A DNA stretch of 64,000 nucleotides from Octopus vulgaris (GCA_951406725.2 OX597815.1:11408001-11472000), one strand, 5' to 3'. Shown: positions 16,241 to 30,942, counted from the stretch's first letter. Notes: generated from the sequence alone by a model not told the origin. Numbers and translations: made by a program.

Positions 16241-18308
16241 CGAGGAAAAATTATAAAAAGGCAGAATGCTGAATTGAAGGTAAATTTTAATAAAAATGGG
16301 TGTATGGAAAATTAAAAAAATTTTTTTAAATATTAACTCTAACCGGTTTTCATCGCAATGCAAATTTTCAAGAACTGAAAGGTGAAAATAATTTTTTTTA
16401 AATTGAGGAGGGGAAAAAAAGAAATTTACATCGTTTTTTGCAAAAAAAATAATAATAAACATATACAAAAATAGAAAAATAGGTGTACCGATACATTGTA
16501 AAGTCTTTATGTATCTTGAGTTCAATGATAGTCCTCGGAAAAATTACCTTGGAGGAATAAGATCCATGTGATTAATGTAATTGTTCGCCATTCCAATATT
16601 AGCATTTATATATTTATATATTAGGATTTATATATTCAGCTTATGCTCCCCAGACCTCCAGAAAATGTTGCCAACCGTAGTATGAACTGATAAATGTGCC
16701 TCAAACATCGCATTTGCAATATGAAGATGAAAGGAAGGAAACAAAAGCATTGGTATCGAGAATATACCGACTAGTCGATGCTGATTATCAAACGTATAAT
16801 ATAGCGGTGTAACCTGAACATGATAATAATTTGGCGCTCACGACCATCTTGAAACAGCACAAATCTCGCACAAAAGACAATGACACTTTAGATAAGGCAG
16901 TCGCTGATATGCAGTAACCGAGAAAAATTAAAAGAAGCAAGATGGTGATGTCTGAAAGAATTATGATAAAAGAACTGATGTAAGATTTTGTAATAACAAA
17001 AACGGCATCACAAAATTCACAGACTTTTTGATATCTATAATTGCTCGAAATAAAAATGATTTTCATCTTAGTAGCTAAAAGATTTTCGTCATGTATATAA
17101 AATGCATGTACTAAAACCCAAAACTTTACCCTGAAGAATACAACCAATGTATCCGCTAATTTCACACAGATTGTACAGATTCACCCAGAAACATAGGCTT
17201 TTGTTTACTTTCTATGACTAATTTTATAATGTCATTTTTCTCAAAGTTCGACATCGTAGAAATTACCTGACATTTCTATCAATAAATTTCACCGACTGAG
17301 TCAAATACATATTTTGTTTCATAAGTTTAATTCACATGAAATATATTTTAAATTATTTTTGTATTAAAGCAATGCACCACACACACTCAAACCCCCCACG
17401 CACACACGAACGCAAGCACGCACGCACACACATACTTGCATAAACATGAGTACATAATACATACGTACATATGTCTGCAATCCATGAGCAGAAGATTGCT
17501 ACGGAATGTCTAAGAAACACTCGATGGTAAAAACTATGCAGCCCCAAGATACTACCGAAAATGTCGGTTATATTCACATTTTTGTGTAAGACACCACAAG
17601 CAAATGAAAAGGGATATTACTAAAACTCTAAAATAATATATGATGCCAGCCAAAACGGGGACGTGGGGGTGAGGTATAAAACACTGTCCTGCGATAAATT
17701 TGCATAGTTACAAAACACATACATAAGAATCGACATTAGAAATATTGGTGGAAGATTCAAATAAACCCTTTTAGACGTATGTATGATCTTTTTGTGTGCG
17801 TGCGTGCATGTGTGCGTATATAGAAGTGTGCGGGTATGTGCGCATATAGGCGTCTATGTGTGTGTGCATAAGGGTATGTGCGTATGTAGACGTGGTTTAC
17901 TCTTTGTATACTCCCTTATGCCTTTTTTCTCTATCGTTACCCTTAACCCATTTTCTTCTTTGCTTGTGCGTATATAGAGGCGTGTATGAAACTTTATGGG
18001 GGGCATGTGTCTGCGGGGGGTTGTATGTATATGCATATACATTTGGAGAAGGATGAGAGTGAGGATGTGTACGTTTTCCAGTGAGTGTAGATGTATGTAT
18101 ACCTTTAGGCGCACTCACGTGGGTGTCGGGCGCACATGTGTAGATGTGAACAGGTGCGCTTACGCGAATACTATGAATCTTTTACCCACTTACTTTACTT
18201 CCTCCCCTCACTTAGCGCTCATTCGAATAGCTCTTTTGTCTTAATAACGGCCAATCACACAGTAATTTCCCTTTGTATAACGGTCATTTTTCATAGCATT
18301 TCTCCGAT

Positions 18309-18380
18309 GGCCAGATAACTGAAGAGGTGGCAGCGTGGTTTTCCACCTCGGCATCCGAAACTCGGAGTTTTATCATGGCT
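18309..18380 (+). ncRNA. Putative type I minimal hammerhead ribozyme (family H1)
   Basis: Stem I GGCCAGAUAA/UUAUC(A)UGGCU; core CUGAAGA at 18319-18325; imperfect long stem II; GAAA at 18357-18360; stem III ACUC-G-GAGU; cleavage triplet GUU. Confidence 0.65.
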
Positions 18381-18409
18381 ACCGAATAATTATCACATAT
18401 TGCATTTAC

Positions 18410-18451
<42 letters not shown>

Positions 18452-18473
18452 TATGTGACACTGGATACATGAT

Positions 18474-18525
18474 TTGTTTCAGTCATTAGACTGTAGCCCA
18501 TGCTGGGGCACCGCTTTGAAGAATT
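18474..18525 (-). mobile_element. 3' tail fragment of SINE C or its partner LINE
   Basis: ttgtttcagtcattagactgtagcccatgctggggcaccgc. Confidence 0.6.
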
Positions 18526-18646
18526 TTCTTAGTCGAATGAATGTATTCCAATATTTATCTTTTTTTGAACCTGGTATTTATTGTATGTGTAGATACGTTT
18601 ATTGTTAGCTCGCGAAGAAGAATGCGCTGAAACACTGAGAACCGAT

Positions 18647-19150
<504 letters not shown>

Positions 19151-19181
19151 ATGTATCTCTCTCTCTCTATATATATATATC

Positions 19182-19516
19182 GGAGACCCCCTTCGGTCAC
19201 GACACAGACCATGGGATTGCACCTAGAAAGTTACCCTCCTAGACACAAGTCCGGGCGAGGTTGTTTATGGAAGGCCAGCAGTCGCCCATGCATACCAGCC
19301 TCCCCTCTCCACGCCACCAGTGTTATCCAATGGAAAGACAAATGTCGATACAGCTTGGCACCAGTGACGTCGCATCTCATTTCTACAGCTGAGTGAACTG
19401 GAGCAACGTGAAAGAAAGTGCCTTGCTCAAGAACACAACACGCAGCCCGGTCCGGGATTCGAGCTCACAACCTCACGATCGTAAGCTCGACGCTCTAAAC
19501 ACTGAGCCATGCGCCT

Positions 19517-19520
<4 letters not shown>
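19182..19520 (-). mobile_element. tRNA-derived SINE family D, inserted in (TA)n
   Basis: Minus strand begins gtgaaggcgcatggctcagtg...gagctcgaatccc, then a core-like tgtgttcttgagcaaggcac. Confidence 0.8.
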
Positions 19521-19558
<38 letters not shown>

Positions 19559-20318
19559 TCTGTCTATCTGTCTATCTGTTTGTCTTACTTGCCTATCAAT
19601 CGATCGATTGATCGATCCATTCATCCATCCATCCATCCATCTATCTATAATACATATATAAGTCATTGATGAAAGGAGAAAAAGTAGCGTATGAGAAGAT
19701 TCCATAAGGTCGAGATTCTCAAGATGGAATTTGACTATAATAGTTAGTAAGGGTGAAATAGTGACACATCTTTGCAACACGTTGGGTTGTGAAGTAAAGA
19801 GGTTGTGTAGCTAGCCATGTGCGAACTCTAAAATTGGCAGTTATTTCCATACTTATATATACTACAATTACAAGTGTTATAAGAAGCCATATGCAATCAT
19901 AATATACATAAATAAAACGCTATGTTCTATCCGCCGGCAATGATGCGTGTACTAAAAAAAAAAAGCTATTGTATGTCCTTAATACCATCATAATCTTATA
20001 TCAAATATATTCTTTAATTCAATATTTCATTAATATAGTTTTGGAACCTTTTTTTAGTCTTTTTAATCCTCATATCAAAATTCATCAAACAACTAATAGT
20101 GCTTATGGTTTAAAATGACTTGTAAAAGTGGAACTTTCGTTAATACAGAAATCGCGGGAAAGCGAATATTGACAAGAAAACAAACAACCACAAATAATTA
20201 GCAACAATGATTCTCTTCCTTCCTTCCTTCCTTCCTTCCTTCCTTCCTTCCTTCCTATCTGCTTATCTTCTTTTGTTGCATTTCCTATTCTTTATTAGTG
20301 GAGGCGCAATGGCCCAGT

Positions 20319-20680
20319 GGTTAGGGCAGCGGACTCGCGGTCGTAGGATCGCGGTTTCGATTCCCAGACCGGGCGTTGTGAGTGTTTATTGAGCGAAAAC
20401 ACCTAAAGCTCCACGAGGCTCCGGCAGGGGGTGGTGGCGATCCCTGCTGTACTCTTTCGCCATAACTTTCTTTCACTCTTTCTTCCTGTTTCTGTTGTAC
20501 CTGTATTTCAAAGGGCCGGCCTTGTCACTCTCTGTGTCACGCTGAATATCCCCGAGAACTACGTTAAGTGTACACGTGTCCGTGGAGTGCAAGCCACTTA
20601 CACGTTAATTTCACGAGCAGTCTGTTCCGTTGGTCGGATCAACCGGAACCCTCATCGTCGTAACCGACGGAGTGCTTCCA
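20319..20680 (+). mobile_element. SINE family A
   Basis: Full head to tail; TSD attctttatta. Confidence 0.9.
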
Positions 20681-21115
20681 TTCCCATTCTTTATTATTTT
20701 TATACTATTTCGAACCTTTCTCCAAAGCATTCTTTCCAATTCCATTAATCATCGACACTTCCTCTTTGAAAAACTATCTTATATACAGGATTAATAAAAC
20801 TACGTTTCTACTACATTTGAGGAATTTCAAAGAAAACATTTTTGTAAACCCACATCTGTTTGATGTCTGTCTCTTTGTATATCTGTCTGTCCATCTGTTT
20901 GGCTTTCTGTCTTCCTACATGCCTATCGATTGATCGATCAATCGATCGATCCGTCTGTCTATCATCTATCCATCCATCCACACACCTACCTAAACATCTA
21001 TCTATCTATTTTTCTGTCTGTCTGCTTATCTGTCTGTCTGTCTGTCTGTCTGTCCATCGTCTTACTTGCATATCAATCAATCGATCGATCTATCCATCCA
21101 CCCATCTATCAATCC

Positions 21116-21198
<83 letters not shown>

Positions 21199-21235
21199 CA
21201 TCCATCCATCCATCCATCTATCTATCTATCTATCT

Positions 21236-23409
21236 ATCCATGACAACCTCCATCTGATGCGCTACATCATAGACAGGGTAGTTAACGAACCTGGCATGGG
21301 TGGGGCCCTGATCAACTTGGATCAATCGAAAGCCTTTGATAGGGTAGACCATCGATACTTGGGGGCAGTCCTGAGAGCGGCTGGTTTCGGTCCCGTTTTC
21401 CGCGGATGGATAGCTGCTTTGTACAGAGGCATCCGTTCGGTAATTCGCGTAAATGGACATCTATCGAGACCTTTCAACATTGCACGTTCGGTCCGTCAGG
21501 GATGCCCCCTCTCGGCGCTTCTATACGTATTGACTCTTGAGCCACTACTGCGGAAGCTGGCGACTCTAAGGGGCATCCCGCGAGAATTGGGATGCGGGAC
21601 GAGCGTGTCTGCATACGCGGACGACGTCACCGTCATAGTGTCTAGCCACGAGCACATCGAGCTGGTCGGCGAGACACTGAAAAACTACGAAGCGGTGACA
21701 GGAGCGAAAATCAACCGGGAAAAGTCAGTGGGCTTGCGACTAGGCACCTGGAGAAGCAAGCCCATGCCGTCCACCAGCGCCTCCGTCGTGGGACGCTGAA
21801 CCGACGGCCCGGTTGAGTTGCTCGGGGTCTGGTTTGGTCCGGACCTCCAAGTGGAGAAGAACTGGAACGAGATAACGAGTAGGGTGGTCACTCTCGCCCG
21901 GCAATGGGCCGAGAGGAAACTGTCCCTAAAAGGTCGAGCGGAGGTGGCGAACACGTACATCGCGTCCGTCATCTACTACCGCCTGACCGTCGTACCTTGT
22001 CCCGACCCTACCATCACCAAACTACAACGCATCCTCTTTCGCTTCTTGTGGAAAGGATGCGTCCCGATGGTCAGGCGATCCATTTGCTGTCAACACCCGT
22101 TAAAAGGGGGCTGGGCATGCCGTGGTTGATGATGCGCAGACACGCGCTGAGACTGCGGCATCTCTGGCTCTATGTAGACGATGGTGAACAGGTGTGGTCG
22201 CCGTTTGTGAGGCACGCTTTCCCGCAGCTCGTCTCCATGACCGAACTGCAGTCGTGGATCAAAAAGAGGCCGAGGAAGGGCGAATGGCACCGCGAGTGTC
22301 GCGTTGCTCTCAAGCAACTCTGCCGTCCTGGGTCGACCTTAAGTGACTTCAACACAACCAAAGCATTCTATAGGGGTTTAGTGGAGGGGAGGTACGACGA
22401 CGAGCTCGGGGCGAACCTGGACGTCGACGAGGAGTACCTGACCCGCCTGTTCAGGACGACTTTCGGGCCAGGGCCCATGGACAACTTCCAGAGATCCCTG
22501 GCCTGGCAGTGCTACCGAGAAGCGCTACCCGTTCGGGATAAGCTCTACAGACACGGCTCGAGAAACACGGGGCCGACCTGCCCGAGATGCGGTCAGAGCG
22601 ACGAAACCGTTCTGCACGCACTCGTTCAGTGTCCAACAATTTCCGACCTATGGGCTTATGTCGAACAACTGCTGTCACGTGTGGGACGAGTCGGTTTATC
22701 AGCTGAGTCTATCGTCAATATTGTCACGCCTCCTTCCTTCAAACGGGAAGGAAGAGCTATTTTCATCATCCTTGTGGCTATGGCGAAAGAATGTATCTGG
22801 TGGACGCGTCTGAAAGGATTGGAGACAAACACTTTCCTCTCTGGTCAATCTCTCATCAACTTCTTCAAGTACCACTTGAAAAGGAAAGTGAGAGTAGAGA
22901 GGCAAGTTTTGTCTAGCGAATGTTTTAAAAAAAGATGGGTGAATGTAGCAAGAATGGCACGTATGAATGACGAAGCCACCTTGAGCATAGTCCTATGAAC
23001 CCAGAAATCGAAAACAGAGAGTTGCTTATTTGCAAAAAAAAAAAAAAAAAAGAGAAATATAACATGTGACTTCATTGACCGAGGTTACCGTGGTCTTTTC
23101 CGTAGGCTTTTCTTTCCACGGGTAAACCTCACCTGTCCTCCCCTTACACTTCATATTGACATTTCTGTGATAACGATCCCTATTGATCAATTTTATTTTT
23201 CCTCTCCCCCTTTTTTTTTAACCCCCTTTTTTTGTCCTCTTTCTCTCCTTTTACGATCCCTTTTGATCGACCTCCCTTTTTATTTTATTTTATTTGTTAT
23301 TTTTTTATTTTTATTTTTTATTTATTTTTTTTTTAAACCTTCAAAAGAAAAGCTCTACCTTGTAATTTGTTCTATCTGTGTGCAGCCCTGTGTGGCTAAT
23401 AAAGAAACA
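21236..23409 (+). mobile_element. 5'-truncated Tx1/L1-clade LINE (ORF2 RT, C-terminal zinc motif, 3'UTR) inserted in (TATC)n
   Basis: IHDNLHLMRYIID...LDQSKAFDRVDH...SVRQGCPLS...AYADDV; stop at 21797; frameshift near 22105; CPRC...HALVQC; ORF ends 22998; AATAAA at 23398. Confidence 0.92.
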
Positions 23410-23453
<44 letters not shown>

Positions 23454-23535
23454 CATCCATCCATCCATCATTCTATGTCTCTCTCTGTCTGTCCGTCCGT
23501 CTGCCTGTCTGCCTGCCTGCCTGCCTGTCCGTCCG

Positions 23536-23597
<62 letters not shown>

Positions 23598-23989
23598 CAT
23601 ATCTTTCTGGTGAAGGTGTTTTTCTATCCTACAAAACTAACTTCAACACACCATCGACCTTCCAGACATATGTGACATAGATATAACCTTAATTGAAAAT
23701 TTGCCCTCCAGATCTTCAAACTAAACATTGAGAATAAATAACGAAATGTGAAAATGAGGAATAGAAAAGGATGTCACTGCAACACAATTGCATTGTTACT
23801 TGAATAACACTTAGAATAGAAACAAAATGTTAATTGCTTGTAATATTTTTTAAAAAATACTTGAGTGAATCGTGTATTTGTTCAAGAATTAAAAATGTGC
23901 TGTTTACATACGCATGTACTTAACATAATACTAATATTTTTAGCTTTAGGTGCTGAGAAATAGATGGATAAACAGAAGGCGATTGAGAC

Positions 23990-24398
23990 AGAGTGGATGT
24001 GTGGTAAGTAGCTTGCTAACCAACCACATGGTTCCGGGTTCAGTCCCACTGCGTGGCATCTTGGGCAAGTGCCTTCTGCTATAGCCCCGGGCCGACCAAT
24101 GCCTTGTGAGTGGATTTGGTAGACGGAAACTGAAAGAAGCCCGTCGTATATATGTTTATATATATATATATATATATGTGTGTGTATGTGTTTGTCCCCC
24201 TAGCATTGCTTGACAACCGATGCTGGTGTGTTTACGTCTCCGTTACTTAGCGGTTCGGCAAAAGAGACCGATAGAATAAGTACTGGGCTTACAAAGAATA
24301 AGTCCCGGGGTCGATTTGCTCGACTAAAAGGCGGTGCTCCAGCATGGCCGCAGTCAAATGACTGAAACAAGTAAAAGAGTAAAAAAGAGTAAAGAGAG
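23990..24398 (+). mobile_element. SINE family C
   Basis: Homology to other copies; tail ends in gtaaaaga repeats. Confidence 0.9.
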
Positions 24399-24838
24399 TG
24401 AATAGAAGGCTTCTGATGAGACACATGATTAGAATATAGTTATGGTTGAAATAGCTATAACATATTTGCGAACAGGAGTTTTGGCACCAATATATAGCCC
24501 AAACGGTTTTACAATGATTGCTTAGCGTACATGCTCTTAAAAATATCATCTCCAGTGCCGTCTCCCATACCTGCAGCAGTAATGAAATTAGTATAACGTA
24601 TAGAATAATATCTTTTTCCCACCGAAACAATCAGTTTTAATTACAATATGTAAATGCTATTGCATGAAATCAAGTAGCAATAACATGAAACATTCTGTTG
24701 CTTTCTTTCGTAATGGAAAATCTCTGAGGTTACAGAATAACAAGCTTACCGCATGCACATATTCTAATAATAATTCTAGAAGGAATTAATCTCATTGTCT
24801 CGGAAAAGAATAAGTAAATACAATTATTTGGATACAAA

Positions 24839-25236
24839 TCTTTATATATAAAAGAGAAGTTGTGTGTCTGTCTCCTACGATTTAGATTCCTAACTACTCC
24901 CACATTTTGCGGTGCAGTTTAACCAAAACCGGGTATCTTATAGTCGTGATTCATATCGAGCCCTTCTGGGTATTAGCGCGCGTCTACGATGAGTCTACGA
25001 TTTTAAAAATAATTTACCATCATTTTTTTTCCATTTTAATGCATTTCTTTGCTATTATATAAGGGAAGTAACTCTCTAAAAATGTCTACGATGAGTCAAC
25101 GATTTAAAAATAAAATTACCATAATTTTCTTCCCATTTTTAATGCATTTTTTTGCTATTTTTTGGCTATAACTCTCTAAAAATGCTTTATAGTTATTTCC
25201 CTTACAAACCCGAGCAACGCCGGGCGATACTGCTAG
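24839..25236 (+). mobile_element. Non-autonomous Helitron
   Basis: 5' A|TC start (tctttatatataaaag); 3' hairpin cccgagcaacgccggg at 25209-25224, then CTAG|T; no TSD; internal direct repeat of about 100 bp. Confidence 0.85.
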
Positions 25237-26144
25237 TACTATATAAAAAATATTAATAATGACTAGTTCTTGTGACGAGTAGAATTAAAAGATCGTTGCA
25301 TGCGAGACAAAATTCTCAAACGCCAACATGAGGAAATCTTCAGGTACTCAATATAAAGTTGCATAAGTGAAATATCAGTTAAGATAAGCTTTCACTTCGA
25401 CTTCCAAACGGCTCCGGAACCTGGCTCGTGTGTTCCTCGCTCTATCTCTCGGAATATCTTCGTTCGCTACCTTGTTCTTGGCCACTAGCTCGTACTTGCT
25501 GTTTCAGGCAAAGAGGTCGGTGTCAACCGCGCCCCACATATAGTAATCCTTGAGATTATAATCGCAAGAACTAGGAGACCGGAAATTGGGACTGGTGAAG
25601 TCTCCGACGACCACATCTTCTTACCAGAGCCATGAGCAATGAGCCTAATCCTGTGGTCAAACATACAGACTTCCAGCAGTAACCCTCTCCACTCAGGGAG
25701 TGAATACATTTCCCAGCAGCTTCATGTAATTATCCGAATTGAGCCTAAGCCGTGGTCAAAGATGTGAGGATGGATATTGGCACGGACGCAGTCAGAACGT
25801 ATGCTTTGTCCCTTCCTACTGGCCACAGCTTTGTAGTATCAGTTGCAACTGTGTATGTGGCGTCTTACAACCATCGCAATGTTCTCAGAGCATTGAGCAC
25901 CAGTTGGCATTTTGATATCTGGGGCGAATCATCAAAGAAATATACTTCAAATTTACCCCGAGCACGCTGTGTAAAAGGCAAATGGTGTATTTCCATGAAA
26001 GTAATGTAAAACAGGCTTTCAATAGGGATTGAATGAAAAGTATACTATGCAGTACTATAAAAATTATCCTATGCAATTCAACAAGAATAAGGAAAATGGT
26101 AAAGAACTATATTAGTATATTGTTTCTTATCAAAATGCTTCGTG

Positions 26145-26446
26145 AATAGTTTGAGATTCATGCAATAGGGGAGTGGGTAATAGTAAATAATATTAAATTT
26201 ATCTTCAATGATTTCAAAAGATAGTAAAGGTTTCCCTTTCATGTGAAATAAACTTATAAAACAACATATGTATTTGATTCAGCCGGTGAAATTTATTGCT
26301 AGAAACGTCAGGGAATTTTATGCGATGTCTAAAATTGAGAAAAAGGACATTATAAATAGTTGAAAATCATGCAATAGGGGAGTGGATAATAGTAAATAAT
26401 ATCAAATTTATCTTCAATGATTTCAAAAGATAGTAAAGGTTTCCCT
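26145..26446 (+). repeat. Local direct duplication of about 90 bp (26145-26237 and 26355-26446)
   Basis: tcatgcaataggggagtgg...gatagtaaaggtttccct occurs twice, about 210 bp apart. Confidence 0.85.
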
Positions 26447-28047
26447 GATTCAACCGTCTATTGCCGGTGCACTTTACATTTAAAACACAGCTGCTAAATG
26501 AAGAATCTTGCTTGCAAGAGATGATGATTGGCAGAAGCATTATTAATGCAATTTTCTTTGTAGCTAAGACATCTATATGCTATGATTTAGTGTGTTGAAT
26601 GGACCTGACAAGACTGCAGAAATCTACGGTATGTCCGAGGATCAAATGATATGAAGATAACATCACAGATTATCTGAGAAATGTAGTTATTCACAAAACA
26701 CACAGAAATGGAATCAATTTCGTTAGTACATGGAATAAATTGTAACCTTCGCCTTCATTTTCAAATATCTTATACTATAATGGCATTGGCTGTCTTCAAA
26801 TTACTGACAGCTGTTTTGAAAGTGAAGATGAAACACAGCACCAATTATTTCAGCAGCTGGAGACCTAACAGCGCAGCAAACCATTTTATTGTTTAAATAA
26901 TCCAGGGCGTTATGCAGAAATGTATTTCCACCTTACATTAATGTAATGTCTTGAACATGAGGAAACAGTTACTTCGTACACTATGACAGTTAGGCAATTG
27001 GTTTATCTGATGAAGGAAGAGCGTGAAGCGGCTTTCCAGTGTTCATATCTGAGCTTAAACATTTTTCACCAGGCAAGAAAATTGCCTTTGAGGTGTTTCA
27101 CAAGCTGGAGTCTGTGGATATATTCATTAAACGTGCAATTTGTTAACATCTTGTGTGTCAATAGCATCATGAGTTGTAATAGACTATTCAATATCATTCT
27201 TTTGCAAGGTAGAGATTTCCGTGACATTTCTCTCATGATACAAAGTAGTGGTAACACTGTTATTAATAAACTTTATATGAAATCATACTAGTCTGCACTT
27301 TTGTAAGCGTTTTTAGAGCTATTAGAAACTAGAAAATCGATGGCAAGAATTTTGATAGATGGATGGCTGTATGACAAAAGACATGTGCGCTGGAAAATAT
27401 ATGGGACTGCAAAATATAATAGAGATACGATACGTTCTTAAATCATATTAGTAGAAGGAATGTTATCAGTGACAGAGATTCATTAGATGTTACAAATTAA
27501 GTATGAGTAAGAATACGCATTGAGAAGTATGAACAATTCGCATAATTGTGGGCTGAAATTGAACAATGATATTATTTTCTAGGAATATCACAGCATATAG
27601 AAATATCAATAGCATCTATAATACAGACGATGAAATATCTATAGATTATCCTAAAATTCATATTCATTGATACAACCTGAAATACCACGACATGTCTTGG
27701 AACTATAGATCGGTATGATCATTGACTTACACAATCTCGACCCAGAAAACCACTATTTCATGGAACATGAGTTTTGATGAAATCTTTCCGCCATCTTTAT
27801 CGTATGAACAGATATTCACTGATCGTAAGACATTGGAGGAGGTATATATTTAAGGATTAAATTTACCACCCAGAATCAACAATCTTCTGTTTATTTAAGA
27901 TATAGATCCCTTTTCCTGTTACTCAGGCATTAGCTCTGTCATATTTCTCTTAGGTACACCTGAGTTATCTTAGAGCCAATGGGATGTGACATCCAGGGGA
28001 AATAAAAAAATTGAAATTTATGTAGAACATAATTACAAAATACCTGA

Positions 28048-28357
28048 AATATTTGCGATTTGCAAATATCACTTTTTGGCAAATATCCCTTTTTTATCAC
28101 ACGCATCATTGCCGGCGGATAGTGCCTAGTGGTTTTATTGATGTATATTACGATTGCATATGGCTTCTTATAACGCTTGTATTTGTAGTATATATAAATA
28201 TGAAAATAACTGGCAATTCTCGAGTCCAAACAACCACTTCTCTTTCGTAAACTCAGATGTGTCTGCTTGTCTGTCAGCTTGTCTGACTGTCTGTCCATCT
28301 GTTTGACTTTCTGTGTTCCTACTTGCGCATCTATCTATCTGTCTGTCTATCTATCTG

Positions 28358-28443
<86 letters not shown>

Positions 28444-28960
28444 CTATGAACCCAGAAATTGAAAACAGAGAGTTGCTTATTTGCAAAAAAAAAAAAGAAA
28501 TATAACATGTGACCCCATTGACCGAGGTTACCGTGGTCTTTTCCGTAGGCTTTTCTTTCCACGGGTAAACCTCACCTGTCCTCCCCTTTACACTTCATAT
28601 TGACATTTCTGTGATAACGATCCCTATTGATCAAATCTTTTTTTTTTCCCTCTCCCCCTTTTTTTAACCCCCCTTTTTTTGTCCTCTTTCTCTCCTTTTA
28701 CGATCCCTTTTGATCGAAACTCCCCTTCGTTTTTTTTTTTTTTTTAAACCTTCAAAAGAAAAGCTCTACCTTGTAATTTGTTCTATCTGTGTGCAGCCCT
28801 GTGTGGCTAATAAAGAAACATATCTATCTATCTATCTAACTATCTATCTATCTACCTACCTACCAACCTACCTACCTAACTATCTGTCTGTCTATCAGCT
28901 ATCTATCCATCCATTCATCCATTCATCCATCCATCCACTCACACTTCTATCTATGAATCT
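28048..28960 (+). repeat. Paralog of the 18647-19150 repeat, interrupted by a Tx1 3'UTR
   Basis: Same left and right flanks as the 18647-19150 copy. Confidence 0.88.
28442..28820 (+). mobile_element. Severely 5'-truncated copy (3'UTR only) of the Tx1-like LINE, in (TATC)n
   Basis: Matches 22991-23409 and ends in the same aataaagaaaca. Confidence 0.92.
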
Positions 28961-29612
28961 GCTTAAATCCAAAGCTTCTGCATACATAGCATTGATACAG
29001 GATTATTTCTCTGAAATTTACAAAAAGTTTAGCTTCTGTAATACTATTATTACATATATAGAAACGAAAGAATATTTTAACTAGATTGTTCAAAATGAAG
29101 TCGATTAAAAGTTGTAAATGCCTGTAAAGAAAACTAAACGCTGTGTTCTATATTTTAAATTTATTTTATTATCTTTTCCAACACATTTAACTAAGATAAA
29201 CATATTTGACATCATTAATAATGGCGCAGGAACACTGGTATATAAATAATTCAATGTGCTTAATTACTGAGAGACGACGTCAACTTCACAGAGAACAATA
29301 GCTTAGTGCCAACGTATTTAATGCAGTATATTCCAAAGACATAATTAGATATAATTATTATGCGATGATTTTTTTTTCTCACCGAATAAACATATCTAAT
29401 TAAATTTTTTGTTGTCTATCGCATTAATAATTGTAACGTTAACTATATAAATGTGTGTGTGTGTGTGTGTGTGCGTTTGCATATACATGAGTGTGTGTAC
29501 GCATGTAGTTACATCTATCTATATATCTATCTATCTCTAAACACATGCCCACTCAGATCTATAATATAAATATATAGATATAAGATATGTCTGTGCGTGT
29601 CTGTGAGTATAT

Positions 29613-29748
<136 letters not shown>

Positions 29749-29999
29749 ATATTATATATGTCTTTTCATTGCTCTGCTTAGTAAGTAATTAAAGAAACAG
29801 AAAGCAACTGAACTCAAACATTTCAAAAACTTAATTCAAAACTCTTGCGAAAGCTACGATATGAAACCAACAGAAGTTTAAATCTGACCGCATAGTACCT
29901 GAAACAACCTGTAGAAAAACAAATAATTTCTCGTGAGTACCGAGCAAATTTTTCCCTTCATTTTATGAATTATATACGCAAGTACACATGCATCCTGTG

Positions 30000-30872
30000 A
30001 TTTTATTAAAGTCATTGAGCAGTCAGAATTTACACACACTTTTAACTTTTCACGCGCATATCTCTGTTGAAAACTTTCACAATTTTTCGCAAAAATCAAG
30101 CACTCTTCACTTTCAAAATCCTCTTTTCTCCATCACATGGAGAAAAACATATACCATTTAAATTATTGACTAGCAAAATGAACGAAGGAAAAGACACATA
30201 ACAAGCCGAGTAAAATCACTTTACAACTACTGCTATCACTACGACATTTCACTCGTATATTTCCGTTTAAAACTAACGGTCACATTACACAAGATTATAC
30301 ATTTTTAAACTATCACATAACTCCGAAAAACTCAAATGATCACATACACCAAACTATACATTTTGAAACTATCACATAATTTCGCAAAAGTCAAACACCC
30401 CTCACTTTCAAAATCATTTTTCTCCATCACATAGAGAAAAAGAGAGAATCCACCTAAATTATTGACTAGCAAAATGAACGAAAGAAAAGACAGTAACTAC
30501 TATCACCATGAGCAAAATAGCCCAAAAGAAACTTCACTGAACAGAGAATGAAGATGCTATTCCACTCAACAGCTGGCTTGACCTTTCATAAAAAGGCCAA
30601 CATAGAAAAATCATGTCTCAGTGACGTTTCTTCTAAATTTGCCCACTTTTTAACCATCGAATAGCAAAACAAGTGGAATCTAAACTAAAGCACATTTCGA
30701 AATCCTACCAATTCGTTATTTTATTAAATTCATTGAGCAGTCAGAATTTACACACACTTTTGACTTTTCACGCTCTGTTGAAAACTCTTACAAAATTTCG
30801 CGAAAATCAAGCACTCTTCACTTTCAAAATCCTCTTTTGAAATTATTGCTAGTCAATAATTTAAATGGTATA
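30000..30872. repeat. Patchwork of local direct repeats plus a short inversion
   Basis: 30000-30127 resembles 30719-30838; 30110-30196 resembles 30405-30492; 30846-30872 is the inverse of about 30150-30176. Confidence 0.75.
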
Positions 30873-30942
30873 CTCCACTTAATATTCTCCTATTCTACTA
30901 AACGAAAACAACCTACCACTACTGACCTCTTAACTTTCTAAC

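Noticed and set aside
24410-24430. Other CTGATGA/CTGAAGA hits (also near 5881, 17131, 27008, 31971, 59068)
   Set aside because: No stem II followed by GAAA and no stem I pairing, so not hammerheads
25400-26000. GC-richer patch, possible decayed retroelement or exon
   Set aside because: No recognisable motif in the translations; cannot be assigned without a search
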